DNA of 64,000 nucleotides, taken from contig NC_058368.1 in the NCBI RefSeq assembly GCF_018350175.1, positions 139,130,001 to 139,194,000 of the forward strand, written 5' to 3'. The notes under the pieces were generated by a model, which was not told the origin of the DNA, ran no database searches, and was given only the letters and a program-made list of their open reading frames with translations. A program made the position numbers and the translations under genes. Positions 23,915 to 38,299 of the stretch are shown here, one piece after another (the stretch's first letter is position 1; each line of letters opens with the position of its first letter). Origin of the DNA: Felis catus. Its lineage: Eukaryota.

Positions 23915-24141
23915 GGGGCGCCTGGGTGGCTCAGTCGGTTGAGCGTCTGACTTCAGCTCAGATCATGATCTCACGATTTGTGGGTTAGAGCCCCATGTTG
24001 GGCTCTGTGCTGACAGCTCAGAGCCTGGAGCCTGCTTCGGATTCTGTGTCTCCCTCTCTCTGGCCCTTCCCCGTTCATGCTCTCTCTCTCTGTCTCTCTC
24101 TCTCTCAAAAATAAATAAACATTCAAAAAAATTACAAAAAA
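23915..24141 (+). mobile_element. CanSINE
   Basis: TSD aaactcatcaatt. Confidence 0.92.
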
Positions 24142-25004
24142 GAAACTCATCAATTACTACATTTTAGAACTGAAAGAGTATCTGGTGGCTGCATATAGGT
24201 TATAATACACAAAGTATCTCATTCCAGCTATGGTCCCTGAACATCCATCTTATCCCTTTTTCTCTAGAGAGTAGAGTCTCATTTTTATCTACTTCATGAT
24301 GGCAAAGAAGCAAATTAGTTCTCCAGATTTTTAAAGACTATAGATTAGGACTAAATGGAAACATTGGTCTTGGAAATGGCTATGTTAGCAATCTTTTTGC
24401 TGGGAGTCTATTTTTTAAAATACCCTGTATGTTTAAGGTTAAACAGGATAAATAATTTATAGTAACTAAATATGCCTCTTATTACACAGGTATACTGGTT
24501 TGTCTTTTAACAACACTGATTTGTGTTCTGACCCTCTAATTAGACGTGTTAGCACCTTAACACATTTTAAGACAGTACATAAGTTGTGGGCATCATGGTA
24601 GGGTATCCCACACTTATCTCTATTAATTTTAGAATTAGTTCATATTTATCAGTCAATATTCTACTCTTTTTGTGCCATAAATAAAATAACTTACTGTTCT
24701 CAGATTATTCATATTATTTGAGATAAATTCCAATAATGAAGTTCAAGGAGGAAACAAAATTTCAGGTAACAAACAACTTACAAATTGACTTTCACCAATC
24801 ATATCATTTGATGAACTGGTCAATATAACAAGATTTTTTGTTAGTTGAACCAAATAATTTGAATTACTTATGATTAAATTGGAGAATTTCAGTAACAGTC
24901 TCCAAGACTATCAACTAATTTAAGTTTACAATAGGAAATTCACATTACTTGGATCTTAACTGCCAACATTTGGTGAGGGTATATCTATGGGTTAAGAGGT
25001 CTTA

Positions 25005-25220
25005 AATAATGACTATAGTTAACAATACTGTGCACTTGAAATTTGCTAAGAAGAAATTACATGTTATCACTATACAAAGAAGAGAAAATGGTAACTATGA
25101 GCAGCAATATATGTTAATTAGCTTGATTTTGGTGACTCACAATGTATACATATATCATCAAGTCGTACACCTTAAGTATGTACCACTTTTAATTGTCAAT
25201 TTTACTCACAAAGCTGAAAT
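25005..25220 (+). mobile_element. L1MA-like 3' end fragment
   Basis: gactatagttaacaatactg...gtacaccttaa motif. Confidence 0.6.
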
Positions 25221-25718
25221 ATACAAATTGCTTGTAAAAGTCTAACAGGTAGTCTCAGCAACAAGCTATTTTGACCGGAATCAACTTATATATAATACCT
25301 TGAAATTAGAGTTTTTTATAATATAACTGCTGATAGTGATTCTGAAATCAAAAGAGACATTACTTCATAAGCACTAGTAATTCAAAGAACAAAGAAAAAA
25401 TGAGAAGTAAAAGCACTATCTGGTTCTAATTCTCAATATGGAACCTGAGGATTTATGGCCATTCACTATTGTACAAGTTTCAGGTTCCTTACAGAAAAAT
25501 CATAATTTCATGACAGAAATTTTCCACAAATTGATTTTTTTTTTGTTTCACACAAACATTTCTTCGAGTAGAGAAGAGGTAAATTCCAGCATCTTCAAGT
25601 GTTAAAGCTTATGGAATTAGTGTCCGTAAAGTTTAAAATTCTTCTATTTATTTACCACATAGATGCTCCTTGCAAAAAAAAACCATGCAGATTCTCTTCC
25701 TTTACTTAAATATTTATA

Positions 25719-26025
25719 CAGTTGACCCTTGAACAACTTGGGAGTCAGGGGCACTGACCCCTGAGCAGCTGAAAATCCACCTGCCACTAACAGCCTACTA
25801 TTGACTGGAAGCCTAATACCAAACAGTCCACTCACGTCCATTTTGTATTTTATATGTATTACATACTATATTTTTCCAATACAGGAAGCTAGAGAAAAAA
25901 AATGTTATTAAGAAAGTCACAAGAAAGAGAAAATACATTTACAGTACTGTACTGTATTTATTGAAAAAAAATGCATATATAGTGGAGTCATATGGTTCAA
26001 ACCTATGTCGTTCAAGGGTCAACTG
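25719..26025. mobile_element. Non-autonomous Tigger2/MER8-like DNA transposon (MITE), 307 bp
   Basis: 19-bp TIRs cagttgacccttgaacaac / gtcgttcaagggtcaactg (1 mismatch), flanked by TA on both sides. Confidence 0.9.
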
Positions 26026-27055
26026 TACTTTGTATACAGGTTCTACTGGATTATCTAGTAAAGCAAAACCACAACCTGCTAACTTAGATGAAAGATGAAG
26101 TTTCATTAAATTTACTAACTGAAATTGAATTAAATTTAGCATTGCACATGGTAGACTGAATACTTATAATCCTCAAAGTTCCAACTTGACCACCTTCTTC
26201 CATATATTCTCTGGGAAATCTCACCTACTCCCAAGGCTTCTACCATCTATCCAAATGATGATGATCACTCATCTTTAATTTATTTAATACATGAGACTTT
26301 CCCAACATTAAGAATGGAAGTGCTCACATAAATGTAAATATAACAAAAATCATATGATTAGTTCAATAAACAGGAAAAAGAAAAACATCTGACAAAACCC
26401 AACACCTTTCATGATAAAAATACTCAATTTCCTAAACCTCATAAACCTCATAAAGGGACTATGAAAAACCCACAGCTAACATCACACTTAATGATGAAAG
26501 ACTGGACGGTTTCTCCTAAGATCAGGAATAAAACAAAACTTCATTCTCACTGCTTCTATTCAACACTGTACTAGAGTTCTAATTAAGCAAGAAAAGCAAA
26601 CAAAAGACAGCTAGTCTGAAAAGAAAGAAGTAGAGCTACATTTTCAAATGACAGGATTTTGTATATAGAAAATCTTAAGGAATCCACAAAAAAATTATTA
26701 AAACTGATAAAAGGCACATCAGCAAGGATGCAGGACACAAGGTCAATATACATTCAATTATATTTCTATATACCAGCAATGAACAATTTGAAAATGAAAT
26801 TAAACAATTTACCACAGCATTAACAAATAATAAAATTCTTACAAATAAACTTAACAAAAAAACTGCAAAGCTTAATATGCTTACTGAAAATTGCAAACAT
26901 TGTTAAAAGAAATTAAAGAACATCTAAATAAATGAAAAGACATCCATGTTCTTGGATCAGAGGACTTATAATTATTAAATGTCAATATATTCCCCAAATT
27001 GACCTAAAAATTGACAATTCTCAGCTACATTTTTTTGCAGAAATTGTCATGGTCT

Positions 27056-27207
27056 GGGGCACCTGGAGGGCTCAGTCGGTTAAGCATGGATTCCTGATTT
27101 CAGCTCAGGTCATGATCTCACAAACAGAGCACAGAGTAGCACAGAGCCTGCTGGGGAATCTCTCCCTTTCTCCCTCTGCCCCTCCCCACTTGCTCATGCT
27201 GTTTCTC

Positions 27208-27246
<39 letters not shown>

Positions 27247-27300
27247 ACAAACAAACAAACAAACAAACAAACAAACTAACTTAAAAAAAAAAAAGAAAAG
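27056..27300 (+). mobile_element. CanSINE with (TAAA)n(CAAA)n tail
   Basis: Head at 27056; tetranucleotide tail 27208-27276. Confidence 0.88.
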
Positions 27301-27900
27301 AAACTGACAAGGTGATCCTAAATTCATATGAATTGCAAAGGACCTCAAAAAGCAAAAACAATCTTAATGAAAAACAAAGTTGGAGGATTCACACTTGCCA
27401 TTTTCAATCTTATAAAGCTGCAGTAATCAAGACAGTATGGTACTGGCACACGAACAGATACAGAGATCAGTGGAATAGAACTGAGGACCCAGAAACAAGA
27501 CTTCATATTTATAGTCAAATCATTTTTGACAGGGGCTCCAGCTCAACTCTATGGAAAAAGAATAGCCTTTCCAATGAATAGTCCTGGGATGACAAGATAT
27601 TCACCTATGCAAAAAAAAAAAAAAACAAAAAAAAAACAAAAAAGCAAAAAAAAAAAAAAAAAAACACCAAAAAACCATGATGGACTCCTTTCCTCACAAC
27701 TTATAAGCAAATTAAATGCAAAAGGATTATCAACCTAAATATAAGAGCTAAAACTATAAAGCTTTAGAGGAAAAGATAGCAATATATCTTTATCACCTTG
27801 GATTACACAAAGCTTTCTTAGATAAATACCAAAAGCAAAAGTGACAAAGAAAAAGAAGATAAATTGTATTTCATCAAAATTTAAAAATTCTGTGCTTGAA

Positions 27901-28132
27901 GGGCGCCTGGGTGGCACAGTCGGTTAAGCGTCCGACTTCGGCCAGGTCACGATCTCGCGGTCCGGGAGTTCGAGCCCCGCGTCAGGCTCTGGGCTGATGG
28001 CTCGGAGCCTGGAGCCTGTTTCCGATTCTGTGTCTCCCTCTCTCTCTGCCCCTCCCCCGTTCATGCTCTGTCTCTCTCTGTCCCAAAAATAAATAAACGT
28101 TGAAAAAAAAAAATTTTTTTTAATAAAATAAA
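27901..28132 (+). mobile_element. Young CanSINE inserted in L1
   Basis: Perfect TSD aaaaattctgtgcttgaa. Confidence 0.94.
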
Positions 28133-28309
28133 AAAAATTCTGTGCTTGAAAGGACACCATCAAGAAACTGAAAGACAACCCCAAAATAGGAAAAAATATT
28201 TCCGTATTATATATCCCAGAAAAGATTTGTATATCAAATTGATAAAGAATGCTTATTAACTCAATAATAAAAAGACAAACAAAATTGTATTTTAAAATGG
28301 GCTAAGGAC

Positions 28310-30220
28310 TGGAGCATGCCTTGGTAGCTCAGTCAGTTAAGTATGTGACATCGGCTCAGGTCATGATCTTGCAGTTCGTGGGTTTGAGCCCTGCATCGGG
28401 CTCTGTGCTGACAGCTCAGAGCCTGGAGCCTGCTTTGGATTCTGTGTCTCCCTCTCTCTCTGCCCCTCCCCTGGCTCATGTTCTCCCTCCTCCCTCCCTC
28501 CCTCTATCTCTCCCTCTCTCAAAAATAAATAAACATTAAAAAAAATCTTTTCAAATAGGCTAAGGATTTAAATACACACTTCTCCAAAGAAGACATACAA
28601 ATGGCTGACAGGTATATGAAAAAACATTCAATGTCACTCATCACTGGGGATACTCACATCAAAACAATAAAGAAGTATCACTTCACACCTGTCAGAATGA
28701 CTATTACCAAAACAAAACAAAACAAAACAAAAAGACATCAAGTGTTGGTGACGGAAAACTGGAACCCTTGTACACTGTTGATCATAATACAAAATGGTGC
28801 AGCCGCAATGGAAACAATATAGAAGTTCTTCAAAAAATCAAAAATATAACTACCATATCATCCAGCAATGGCACTTCTGGGTATTTATCTAAAAGAATTG
28901 AAATCAGGATCTCAAAGAGATATCAGTAATCCCATGTTCATTTCAGCACTATTCAAAATAGCCAAGATGGTATGACAACCTAAATGTCCACTAGTGATGG
29001 GTGAGTCAATAAAGAAAATGCAATATACACATATAATGGAATAATATTCAGCCTTTTAAATAATAAATCTCGGGGGCACCTGGGTGGCTCAGTCGGTTGA
29101 GCGTCCGACTTCAGCTCAGGTCACAATCTCGCGGTCCGCGAGTTTGAGCCCCGCGTCGGGCTCTGGGCTGATGGCTCAGAGCCTGGAGCTTGCTTCCGAT
29201 TCTGTGTCTCCCTCTCTCTCTGCCCCTCCCCCATTCATGCTGTGTCTCTCTCTGTCTCAAAAATCAAAATTAAAAAATAATAAATCTCGTAGAGCACCTG
29301 GGTGGCTCAGTCAGTTAAGCATCTGACTTCAGCTCAGGTCATGATCTTGCTGTTCCTGAGTTGGAGCCCCACATCAGGATCCTCTATTCCACTTCAGATC
29401 CTCTGTTTCCTTCTCTGTTTACCCCTCCCCTGATGGTGTGCGCACACACACACACGCTCTCTCTCTCTCTCTCTCAAAAATAAATAATGTAAAAAAATAA
29501 AAAATAAATCTTGTGATATATGACAACATGAATGAACCTTGAGGACAACATGCTAAATGAAATAAGCCAGCCACAGAAGTAAAAATACCGTGTGACTCCA
29601 ACCATAAGAGGTATCTAAAAGAGTCAAACTCTTAAAGCAGAAAACAGTCACCAAGGCAGAAGAGATGAAATGGCGAGATGACAATCAACGGGTTGAAAGC
29701 TTCATTAATATAAGATGAGTAAATTCTATGGATCCTCTGTATAACATTATTCCTATAGTTAATAATATATCCTACACTTAAAAATCTGTTAAGAGTAAAT
29801 CTTGTGTTCTTAAGCCAATAAAGTAAGGATTTAAAAAAGCTTTTTCAAGATAAATAATGCACATAGAAAGTAGATTAGTGGTTTCCAGGGACTGTTGGGT
29901 AAAGAAAATGAGTGACTGTTAATGGTCACAGGCATTCTTTTTGAAGTGATGAAAATGTTTTGGAATTAGACAGTGGTGATGGTTGCACAACTTTGTGAAT
30001 ACATAAAAATCACTTTAAAAAGAGTAAATTCCTTGGGGAGCCTGGGTAGCTCAGTCGGTTGAGCATCTCACTTGGTCTTAGATCATGATCTTGTGGTTTC
30101 TGAGTTCAAGCTCCACATCAGGCTCACTGCTGTTGGCGCAAAGCCTGCTTAGGATCCTCTGTCCCCCTCTCTCTGCCCCTCTTCCCCCTTGAACTCCCCC
30201 AAAAATAAATATCTAAAAAA
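28310..30220 (+). mobile_element. Four CanSINEs (28310-28545, 29072-29285, 29290-29505, 30035-30220) inserted in L1 remnants
   Basis: Heads and tails read directly. Confidence 0.88.
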
Positions 30221-31569
30221 GTTTAAAGAGTGAATTTCATGATATGTGAATCTCTAAATTAACTCATGTGAAAGAAACCTGACTAAAACAAAAATGTACA
30301 TAATGTAATGATTCCATTTTATGAAATTCCAGAAAAAGCAAGCTAATCTATACTAATAGATAGTTTGCTTGGGGATTCATAGTGGGCAGAGGGATGGTTA
30401 CCAAGAAACGCAAACAAACTTTTGGGGATAATGGATATGGTTATTATTTTGATTGTGGTTAATAATTTCACAGCTTGTATACATATATCAAAACACAATA
30501 AATTATCAATTTTAAATACTAGCAATTTTTGCATGTCAGTTATACCACAATAAAGCTGAAGGGGGAAAAACACACACACACACACACACACAAAAAAAAA
30601 AAAAACAAAAAAAAAGACAACCCAATCTACAAATGGTTGCGTAAAGGATCTAAAAAGACATTTTTCCAGAGAAGACATATATACATGAAATGGCCAATAA
30701 ACACATGAAAAGACACTCAAAATTCTTAGCCATTAAGGAAATACAATTCAGAATGATAATGCCATGCCACTTCATACTTATTAAACTAACTAAAATAAGA
30801 AAGATAAATAAAAATAAGTATTGGTGAGGATGTGGAGAAACGTGGTATATTGTTGGTGGGAATGTAAAATGGTACAATTCCTTTGGAAAACCATTTGGCA
30901 GCTCCTCAAAAGGCTAACCTTAGAGTTACCATATGATCCTGCAATTCCGCTCCTAGGTATATACCCAAGAGAAATAAAAACACATCCACACAAAAACCTA
31001 CACACAAATCTTCACAACAGCATTATTTATAATAACCAAAAAGTGGCAACAACTCAAAAGTCCATCAAATGATGAAAGACGATATTGGTACACCCATACA
31101 AGGCACAGTATTTGTCCCTAAAAAGGAATGAAGTGGTGATAACATTAACACACTGCAACATGGACGAAACTTGAATAGTACTCTAAGCCAAAGAAGTCAG
31201 ACACAAAAAACTACTGTGTCTGATTGTATATTGTAGGACTCCATTTATATGTCCAAAATAGACAAATTTAGAGAGACAGAAATCTAGAGACAGACTAGTG
31301 GGTGCCTAAGGCCAGACGCTGAGGGAGTTTAAAGTGACTGCCAATGAGTACAAGGTTTCCTTTTGGAGATGACCCAAGTGATCTAAATTTGGTTAGGGTG
31401 ATACTTGTACAATTTGGTGAACCTACTGAAAAAAAAACTGAATTGCATAATTTACATAGGTGAATTGTATGAAATGTGAATACTACCTCAATAAAGCTAT
31501 TAAAATTTAAATAAAACAGAATAATAATTTATACCTGTGATTCCAATAAATGATTTTTAATCAGATTTT

Positions 31570-32340
31570 TCATGGAAACTCCCCAAAGCTGATCTTCCCT
31601 TACCAACTTTTCAGTAAACCTCATCACCACCCACCCAGCTCCTCATAGCAAAAAGTCTCTAATTCACCCTTAACTCATTTCCTTCATAGCCCATGTACAA
31701 TCCATCAGAAATCCTGCAGCAGTAACTTCATAATTTATCTCAAATATGATGACTTCTACCCCATCTCCCTTGTCCAAGCCACCATCAGCTCTCACCAGGG
31801 CCTCTGTGCAACAGCCTCTTAACGAACTAAACTCAACCCCGGCATCTCCTCTCCTGGTTTTTCATACAATAGAGTTAATTATTTATTTTAAACAAAACTC
31901 ATATCGCATTACACCCATGTTCAAAACCCTTCAATGGACTCTCATTACCAGAAGAAATTCAAACTCTTTCCTTGGCCTACAAGACCATTTAGGATATGGA
32001 CCTGCCTCTCTCTATCCCCATATCACTCACTCCCTCTACTATAGCGACTGGCCTTCTTGCTCTATCTGAAGCACCCTAAACTTGCTTCTGCCTCAGGGCT
32101 TCTACGTTTCAGTTCTTTGCCTGAAAACCTCTTCACCTGAAACATCACATATCTAATCATCCCTTACTTCCTTCAGAGATGCGTATGTGGACCTTTCTAT
32201 TTAAAACAGTACCTCCCACACACACTCCGTTCTTTTGTCTACTTTAGTTTTCTTCGCAGCATTGTCCACTTGTCTCTGTTCATTGCTAACTCCTCTAAAA
32301 TCTAAGTTCCACAAGGAGAATTTATACAATTTTTACTATC
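31570..32340 (+). mobile_element. L2-like remnant
   Basis: tccatcagaaatcctg...ttcaaaacccttcaatgg...cttctgcctcagggct motifs; similar remnants at ~7650-8830 and ~34200-35070. Confidence 0.6.
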
Positions 32341-32654
32341 TCTCAGTATCTCCTTCTTGCTCTTTCTCCTATTCACCTTCTTCCCCTTTCCTTCCTCCCC
32401 TATCTATATAACACTTAGAAATAATTTTTTAAAAGATGAGTAACATTTGACAATATCATTCAGGGTCTATGCGTCAAATTCAAGAACAGATATTCTGCCC
32501 CAACTGAGTGGCTTTCTGTTCTCATGGAATCACCATTTCTTCTTTGTCCACCAGGAATATGTCTTCCCTCACCTTCAAAAAACTGGTTTAATGTCTCATG
32601 AAGGCATCAGTGTGTGACTGTCTCCAGAGAATGCATGCATAAAGTGAATTCTTT

Positions 32655-32868
32655 TTATTAAAAAATGTTTTTAAGGTTTATTTCTGCAAGAGAGAGACAG
32701 ACAAAGCACAAGCAGGGGAGGGGCAGAGAGAGAGGGAGACACAGAATCCGAAGCAGGCACCAGGCTCTGTCAGCACAGAGCCCAACGCGGGGCTCGAACT
32801 CGAGAACTAGGAGATTGTGACCTGAGCTGAAGTTGGACGCGCAACCAAATGATCCACCTGGCGCCCCT
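32655..32868 (-). mobile_element. CanSINE
   Basis: TSD aagtgaattct. Confidence 0.9.
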
Positions 32869-32974
32869 GAAGTGAATTCTAAACAAACAATGTGATTATA
32901 TCTACGTGAGAGATCTTGTCATACACTAGTCAAGTATCCTTATCACAGTCTCATCACAGCATAAATGCTCTATA

Positions 32975-33720
32975 AATCAGTTTTAGTAACGTTAGCTGTT
33001 TTAACAAACCAATATGGAAAGCTTAACGTAAGACTTATTTTTGCTTAAGTAGCAGTCCCACATAGGTGTTAATGCAGACTGGTTGGTTTTCTGATGCACA
33101 ACCATCCAAGAAATGTTTCAGTCACCTATTGCTGCCCGACAAACCATCCCAAAATGTACTGGCTTAAAACAAAAACTTGCTTCATTTATCACAACTCTCA
33201 CATGGTATCAGATGGGGCAATGAAACAGCTCAAAGTCCAAATGGCCTCACTCCCACAAGATACAGTGTATTAGCTTCTGAACTACAAGTGCAGCTGGGCT
33301 TACCAGCTGGGAGCCTCAGTTCTCCTCAGCGCAGCTGTTTGGACTTCCTCACCACATGGCAGTCTCGAAGCAGTCATATTTCTGACATAGTGACTTAGCT
33401 TCTAACAGTACAAACTTCCAGGCTTTAAGGTTTAGCACAGCGTCACTTGTGCTGCCTTCTACTGGTAAACCATGTCACAAGGCCAGCTCAGATTCAAGCA
33501 AGCTACACAAGCACATAAATACTGGAAACTGGGTAAACTGGACTACCAAAGGAACTCACGTTCCTTCTATCTTGTGGCTTCCCCACAGATGGAGAAAAGC
33601 AGTCCATCTTAACCACTTTGATCTGTCACACATATCATTTTTCATCACTTTGGGAACAACTAGTCACACAACCCCACCTAGCTTAGCCTCAACAATGAGT
33701 GGAAAATATAATTCCTGACT
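32975..33720. mobile_element. Decayed MLT (MaLR) LTR-like sequence
   Basis: attgctgc...acaaaccatcccaaaatgtactggcttaaaacaa and cacaaggccagctcagattcaag motifs. Confidence 0.6.
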
Positions 33721-36073
33721 GTGCAGCTATTGGCCAATGACTAGAATAAAGAAGATGAAGCACAAATATTTAGTGGACAGTTGGCAGCTTCCGCTAACTT
33801 TCCCCTTTCTCTTATCTCCCACTAGATTAACATTTCCTTTTTAACTGTCAGGAAATCAATGAGCACATCTCAACAGATACTACCTTCCCCAGGCAGATTC
33901 CCTCCACAGTTATGTTTGGTTACTTCACGCTGCTTCCAGTAACTTATATCCTCACACCAATATTCATAAACACGCACTCACTTTATACAAGCATTTTGAC
34001 TGATCTCATCTTTGTTTTAAAATGACACTGATTTCTGGGGCACCTGGCTGGGCTCATTCACTGGAGCATGCGACTCCTGATCTCAGGGTTGAGTTTGAGC
34101 CCCACAATGGAGGCAGAGATTACTTATCACAAAATCATAAAATCATGCATCTACAAATACACTCATGCATAGATAATAAGCAGAATTGCACTGCCTTCTG
34201 TCAAAATCCACACCTCCCCCATGTGATCAAACTTCTATTTCTAACTATCTGTTAGATGTCACATTGGATCATTGAACTTTACATGTCAAAAGTGAACTCA
34301 AGTATTACCAAATCCACTCCTCCTTCTGTACTCCCATCTTAACATCTTCCCACCCGGGCACCCAAGCCAAAACCCACGGAAGTCATCACTGGTTCCTTCC
34401 CTCCCCTTCAACATACAGACTCAAGTCATCATACTCTGTCCACCCAAAAATCTCCCTCAAATCCGTTTCCTTCTCTATTCCTATTCCCGCATCCCTAATG
34501 TCAGTCCTTCTTACGCCTGGACCACTAAAATAGCTCCCAGTTAACTGACTTCCCTGATTTCAGAATACAATTTCCCTACCCAATCACCAAGTCCTACAAA
34601 AATTATCTCACTAAAATATTTAATCATGTTACCCCTACATAAAATCGATAGCTTCTTTGCCAATAAAATTCCAAACTTTAGTATGGCATTTAAGGCCTTT
34701 GACAAGGGGACCTCCATCTTTACCTCTCACCCACTCAACCCTCCCTACCCTTTAGTCCCACCAGCTTATTCAGGATGGCGTCCCAAATACACCTTCAATT
34801 TTCATGACTCTGTGCCTTCTTTTATATATTTATATCCCATTTATAAGTTTACTAAGAAGTTCTTGCCCTTCGCCCCTTCTCTGCCTACTGAAAGCCACTT
34901 TTAATTATTACTTCCTCAGTGACACCTTCCTCTAGGCAAAATTTGCTGCTCCACTCTTCAGTGACTCCTGTTTGATAACTCAAATACAGTACTTACCAAA
35001 CTAAATTATAAGTAGCTGTTTAATGACTATAGTTTTCTGTCTCATCCACTAGATTTTTGGTGCTTTGAAGGCAGAGGAACCCAAGACCAGCCATCTTTGT
35101 GTCTATATTGACAATGAAAGCACCCCTGTATCTCCCTAATAAACAGAACCCTTATTGGAAAGCATGTGGCTTTTTAGATGGCTAGAAATTCACCTGAAAA
35201 CAAAGTAGCCACTTCATTTCCCAATGACACACTTCGGGTAGCCAACAGTGGTTGAGACTTCCCCATGCCTTTGTTCATTTCCTTTAAAAAAAAATTATAC
35301 CTAGACAGACTCAAGGCCCTACAATATAATCTCACTCCTCCAACACAAATTTCTGCTACGTTTTGCCTTTACCTATACTACCAATCTTTATCATTTTATA
35401 TCACAGTTTGATGTTCCTTTAAAAATAGAAGGGCCAGAGATAGGCAGTTCAGTGAACAGGAGGTGAGTGATTTGCCCAAAAAAGGAGGGAAGACAACAGA
35501 CCATCTCAACTAAAACATCTAAAAATCATAAAGAAAGCTGACTAGCAAATAATGAGAGAGAGAAAAACGCTTCCATTATGAATTGTTACACATGAGGGTT
35601 ACAAAAATCAAACATATGTCCCTTAGTACTGATCATAAGTCCCTTTGGTGGTGACTCAACAAAATGATAGCTGTTGATTAGATTGTGTCTCCTTGATATG
35701 GTTGATTATACTTTCCAAAAATGTGGATCTTCATTTTTTCCCCCCAAAATATGGGTCTTCAAATTAGATCAAGGTGGTTCACAGTTGAAACCAAATAATA
35801 ATGGACATTTCCAAACAGCAACCAATGACAGTGTCTTCAATTGTTTTTTCCTTCAGCTCATATATGCTAAAATGTGATATCTGATTTACACAAATTTACA
35901 TCTTTTCTTTATCTTGACAAAGGGCAAAGTTATAAAATTTCCACTGAATTAACAAACAGGTTTCTTGTTTTGTTTTTCACAACTAGGTGAGATATTTTTC
36001 ATTAAGTAGTTTTCTAGTTAGCACAACGCTTTTATCATTACAGATGCTGTGAGGACTTACAAAGCTCAGGTAG

Positions 36074-36198
36074 AGGGCTACCTGGGTGGCTGAGTCAGTT
36101 AAGCATCTAACTCTTGATTTTGGGTCAGGCCATGATCTCACAGTAGTGAGATCAAGCCCTGCATCAGGCTCCCCGCTGAGCAAGGAGCCTGCTTGGGA

Positions 36199-36245
<47 letters not shown>

Positions 36246-36270
36246 GAGAAAGAAAAAAGAGAAAAAAAAA
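36074..36270 (+). mobile_element. CanSINE with long (CT)n
   Basis: Head, (CT)n, A-tail. Confidence 0.88.
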
Positions 36271-36315
36271 GTTCAGCTAGGTTTTGTGGTAGACACTGAT
36301 TAGATTCTGGAAATA

Positions 36316-36558
36316 TAGTAAAACCCCGCATCACAAGTAACTTGGTCTGTGAATGTTTCACAAGACAAGCACCCATTTCTAATCTATTTTAACTTGATAA
36401 ATGAGAGCGATGTCTTGCAATACAAGTAGTATGCGACAGTGAATGCCACATGATCAGAACTGAACCAATGTTTCTTGAAATTTGCTTTGATATATGAGTG
36501 CTCTGGATTACAAGCAAGTTTCCAGAACAAGTTATGTTTGCAAACCAAGGTTTTACTG
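36316..36558. mobile_element. Tc1/mariner-Tigger-type MITE, 243 bp
   Basis: TIR remnants agtaaaacc / ggttttact, TA on both sides; family name uncertain. Confidence 0.7.
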
Positions 36559-36589
36559 TAGTTCCATTTTTTAAATGTTCACTTTTATT

Positions 36590-36821
36590 TTGGTTTTGGT
36601 TTTTTTTTTTTTAACATTTATTCATTTTTGAAAGACAAAGAGAGACAGAGCGCAAACGGGGGAGGGCTAGAGAGAGAGGGAGGGAGACACAGAATCTGAA
36701 GCAGGTTCCAGGCTCCAAGCTGTCAGCACAGAGCCTGATGCGGGGCTTGAACTCACAGACCGCGAGATCATAAGCTGAACCAAAGTCAGCCGCTTAACCG
36801 ACTGAGCCACCCAAGTGCCCC
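36590..36821 (-). mobile_element. CanSINE
   Basis: Reverse head ...ccacccaagtgcccc; TSD tcactttt. Confidence 0.9.
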
Positions 36822-37149
36822 TCACTTTTGTTTTTAATCAAACTTTTACATGCATACTGTTTAGAGCACAACAGTCCTTTGAGACTCAAAGGAAAAAAAA
36901 GCAGTCCCGTGATGGCCTCTGTGATCCATAAATATTTTCTGCTCCCCAGGAATGACCACTCTGAAACTGTTTAACTGATCTTTCTGGTATTTACTTCCAT
37001 CTCTAATTAACTTACTACTTTTCTTGATGTTTCCATTCCAGGCACCATCAACAGACTTCCCAGTAAGGAAGGGGAGAGTTTACCTCTTCCACACATTTAT
37101 ACACCCAGTCCCAACTGCACCATAACCACACTTCTTCAGTGCCGTAAGG

Positions 37150-37720
37150 GCACTATTTCACTTCTTGTGCTCAGTAGTGATGAGAAATCTAATCCTTCTG
37201 ATTCTTGATCCTTTGTACATATGCTTCTCTCATTCTCTGGAGATGTACAAAATTCTTTTATCCCGGATTTCTGAAATTTCATACTAAACTAGCTCAGTAT
37301 GAGTCTATTTTCATTCACTGGGATGGATTCTCAATGGGTCCTTTTAATGTGGAAATGCATGTTCTATCGTTCTGAGAAATTTTCTCGAATTATTTCATTG
37401 GTCATTTCTTCCCCTCCAGTTTCTCTGTTCTCTCTTGAAACATCTATTTTTCAGACCATTCCTGTAATTTTCTTTCCTATTTTCCATCATTTAGGGTTCA
37501 TGTTGTAGTTGTTCTACTTTCTGAGCAATTTCCTCAACTTTATCTTTCATACATTGTAATTCTGAATTTCCAAGAGCTCTGTACACATTCTTTTAATATA
37601 TCTTGTCCTCACTTCATCAGTGTAAGGACTATATTAACAGTTGTTTTGCTTTTGCATTGTCTGTCTCTTCCAAATTGCTCTAATTCTTTCTTGGTCTCTG
37701 TATTTCCTATCAGTGGCTTT
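37150..37720 (-). mobile_element. Ancient L1 ORF1-region / HAL1-like remnant
   Basis: gatgagaaatctaat...ttctgagaaattttctcgaattattt motif typical of antisense old L1 5' regions. Confidence 0.5.
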
Positions 37721-37891
37721 CCCTAACTAAGCAATTTCTTCATAGTTAGGAATGAGACATTAAAAAGCTGATTAGATGTTCTGTGTGCACAGTGGTGACG
37801 GCTGACAATGAGCTTCACAGAAGGATGATCTGACTGGGACCTTTCCAAGACGAACCACTTACATTGGTATTTGTAAAATTTTTGTTTTCTC

Positions 37892-38105
37892 GGGGCACCT
37901 GGGTGGCTCAGTAGGTTAAGCATCTGACTTCAGCTCAGGTCATGATCTCTTGGTTTGTGGGTTTAAGCCCTGCATCAGGCTCTGTGCTGACAGCTCAGAA
38001 CCTGAAACCTGCTTCAGCTTGTGTCTCCCTCTCTCTCTGACCCTTCCCTGCTCACACTCTCATTCTCTCTCTCTAAAACAAACACTAAGAATGTTTAAAA
38101 AAAGA
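37892..38105 (+). mobile_element. CanSINE
   Basis: Head, CT tract, tail. Confidence 0.9.
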
Positions 38106-38299
38106 AAACAAAATAATTTTTTTCTCTTGGCCACTTCAAAGTCCTCAAACATTTTTGCTCATGTTGTAACCTTAAAAACTTTTTGAAATACCACGTATTC
38201 ACACATCTTTGGTAACATCTAAAATTTTCTTAAGTTTCTATAATTTCAAGGATAGAATTTCTATCATATTACCAATATCAACTTCTAAGAAACTATCAT

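Larger units (their letters stand above)
26340..31515 (+). mobile_element. Stack of decayed L1 ORF2 and several L1M 3' ends, interrupted by at least 6 SINEs
   Basis: ORF fragments [12 protein letters not shown]...DQWNR and LELPYDPAIPLLGIYP; successive 3'-end motifs at ~29820, ~30550 and ~31490. Confidence 0.85.
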
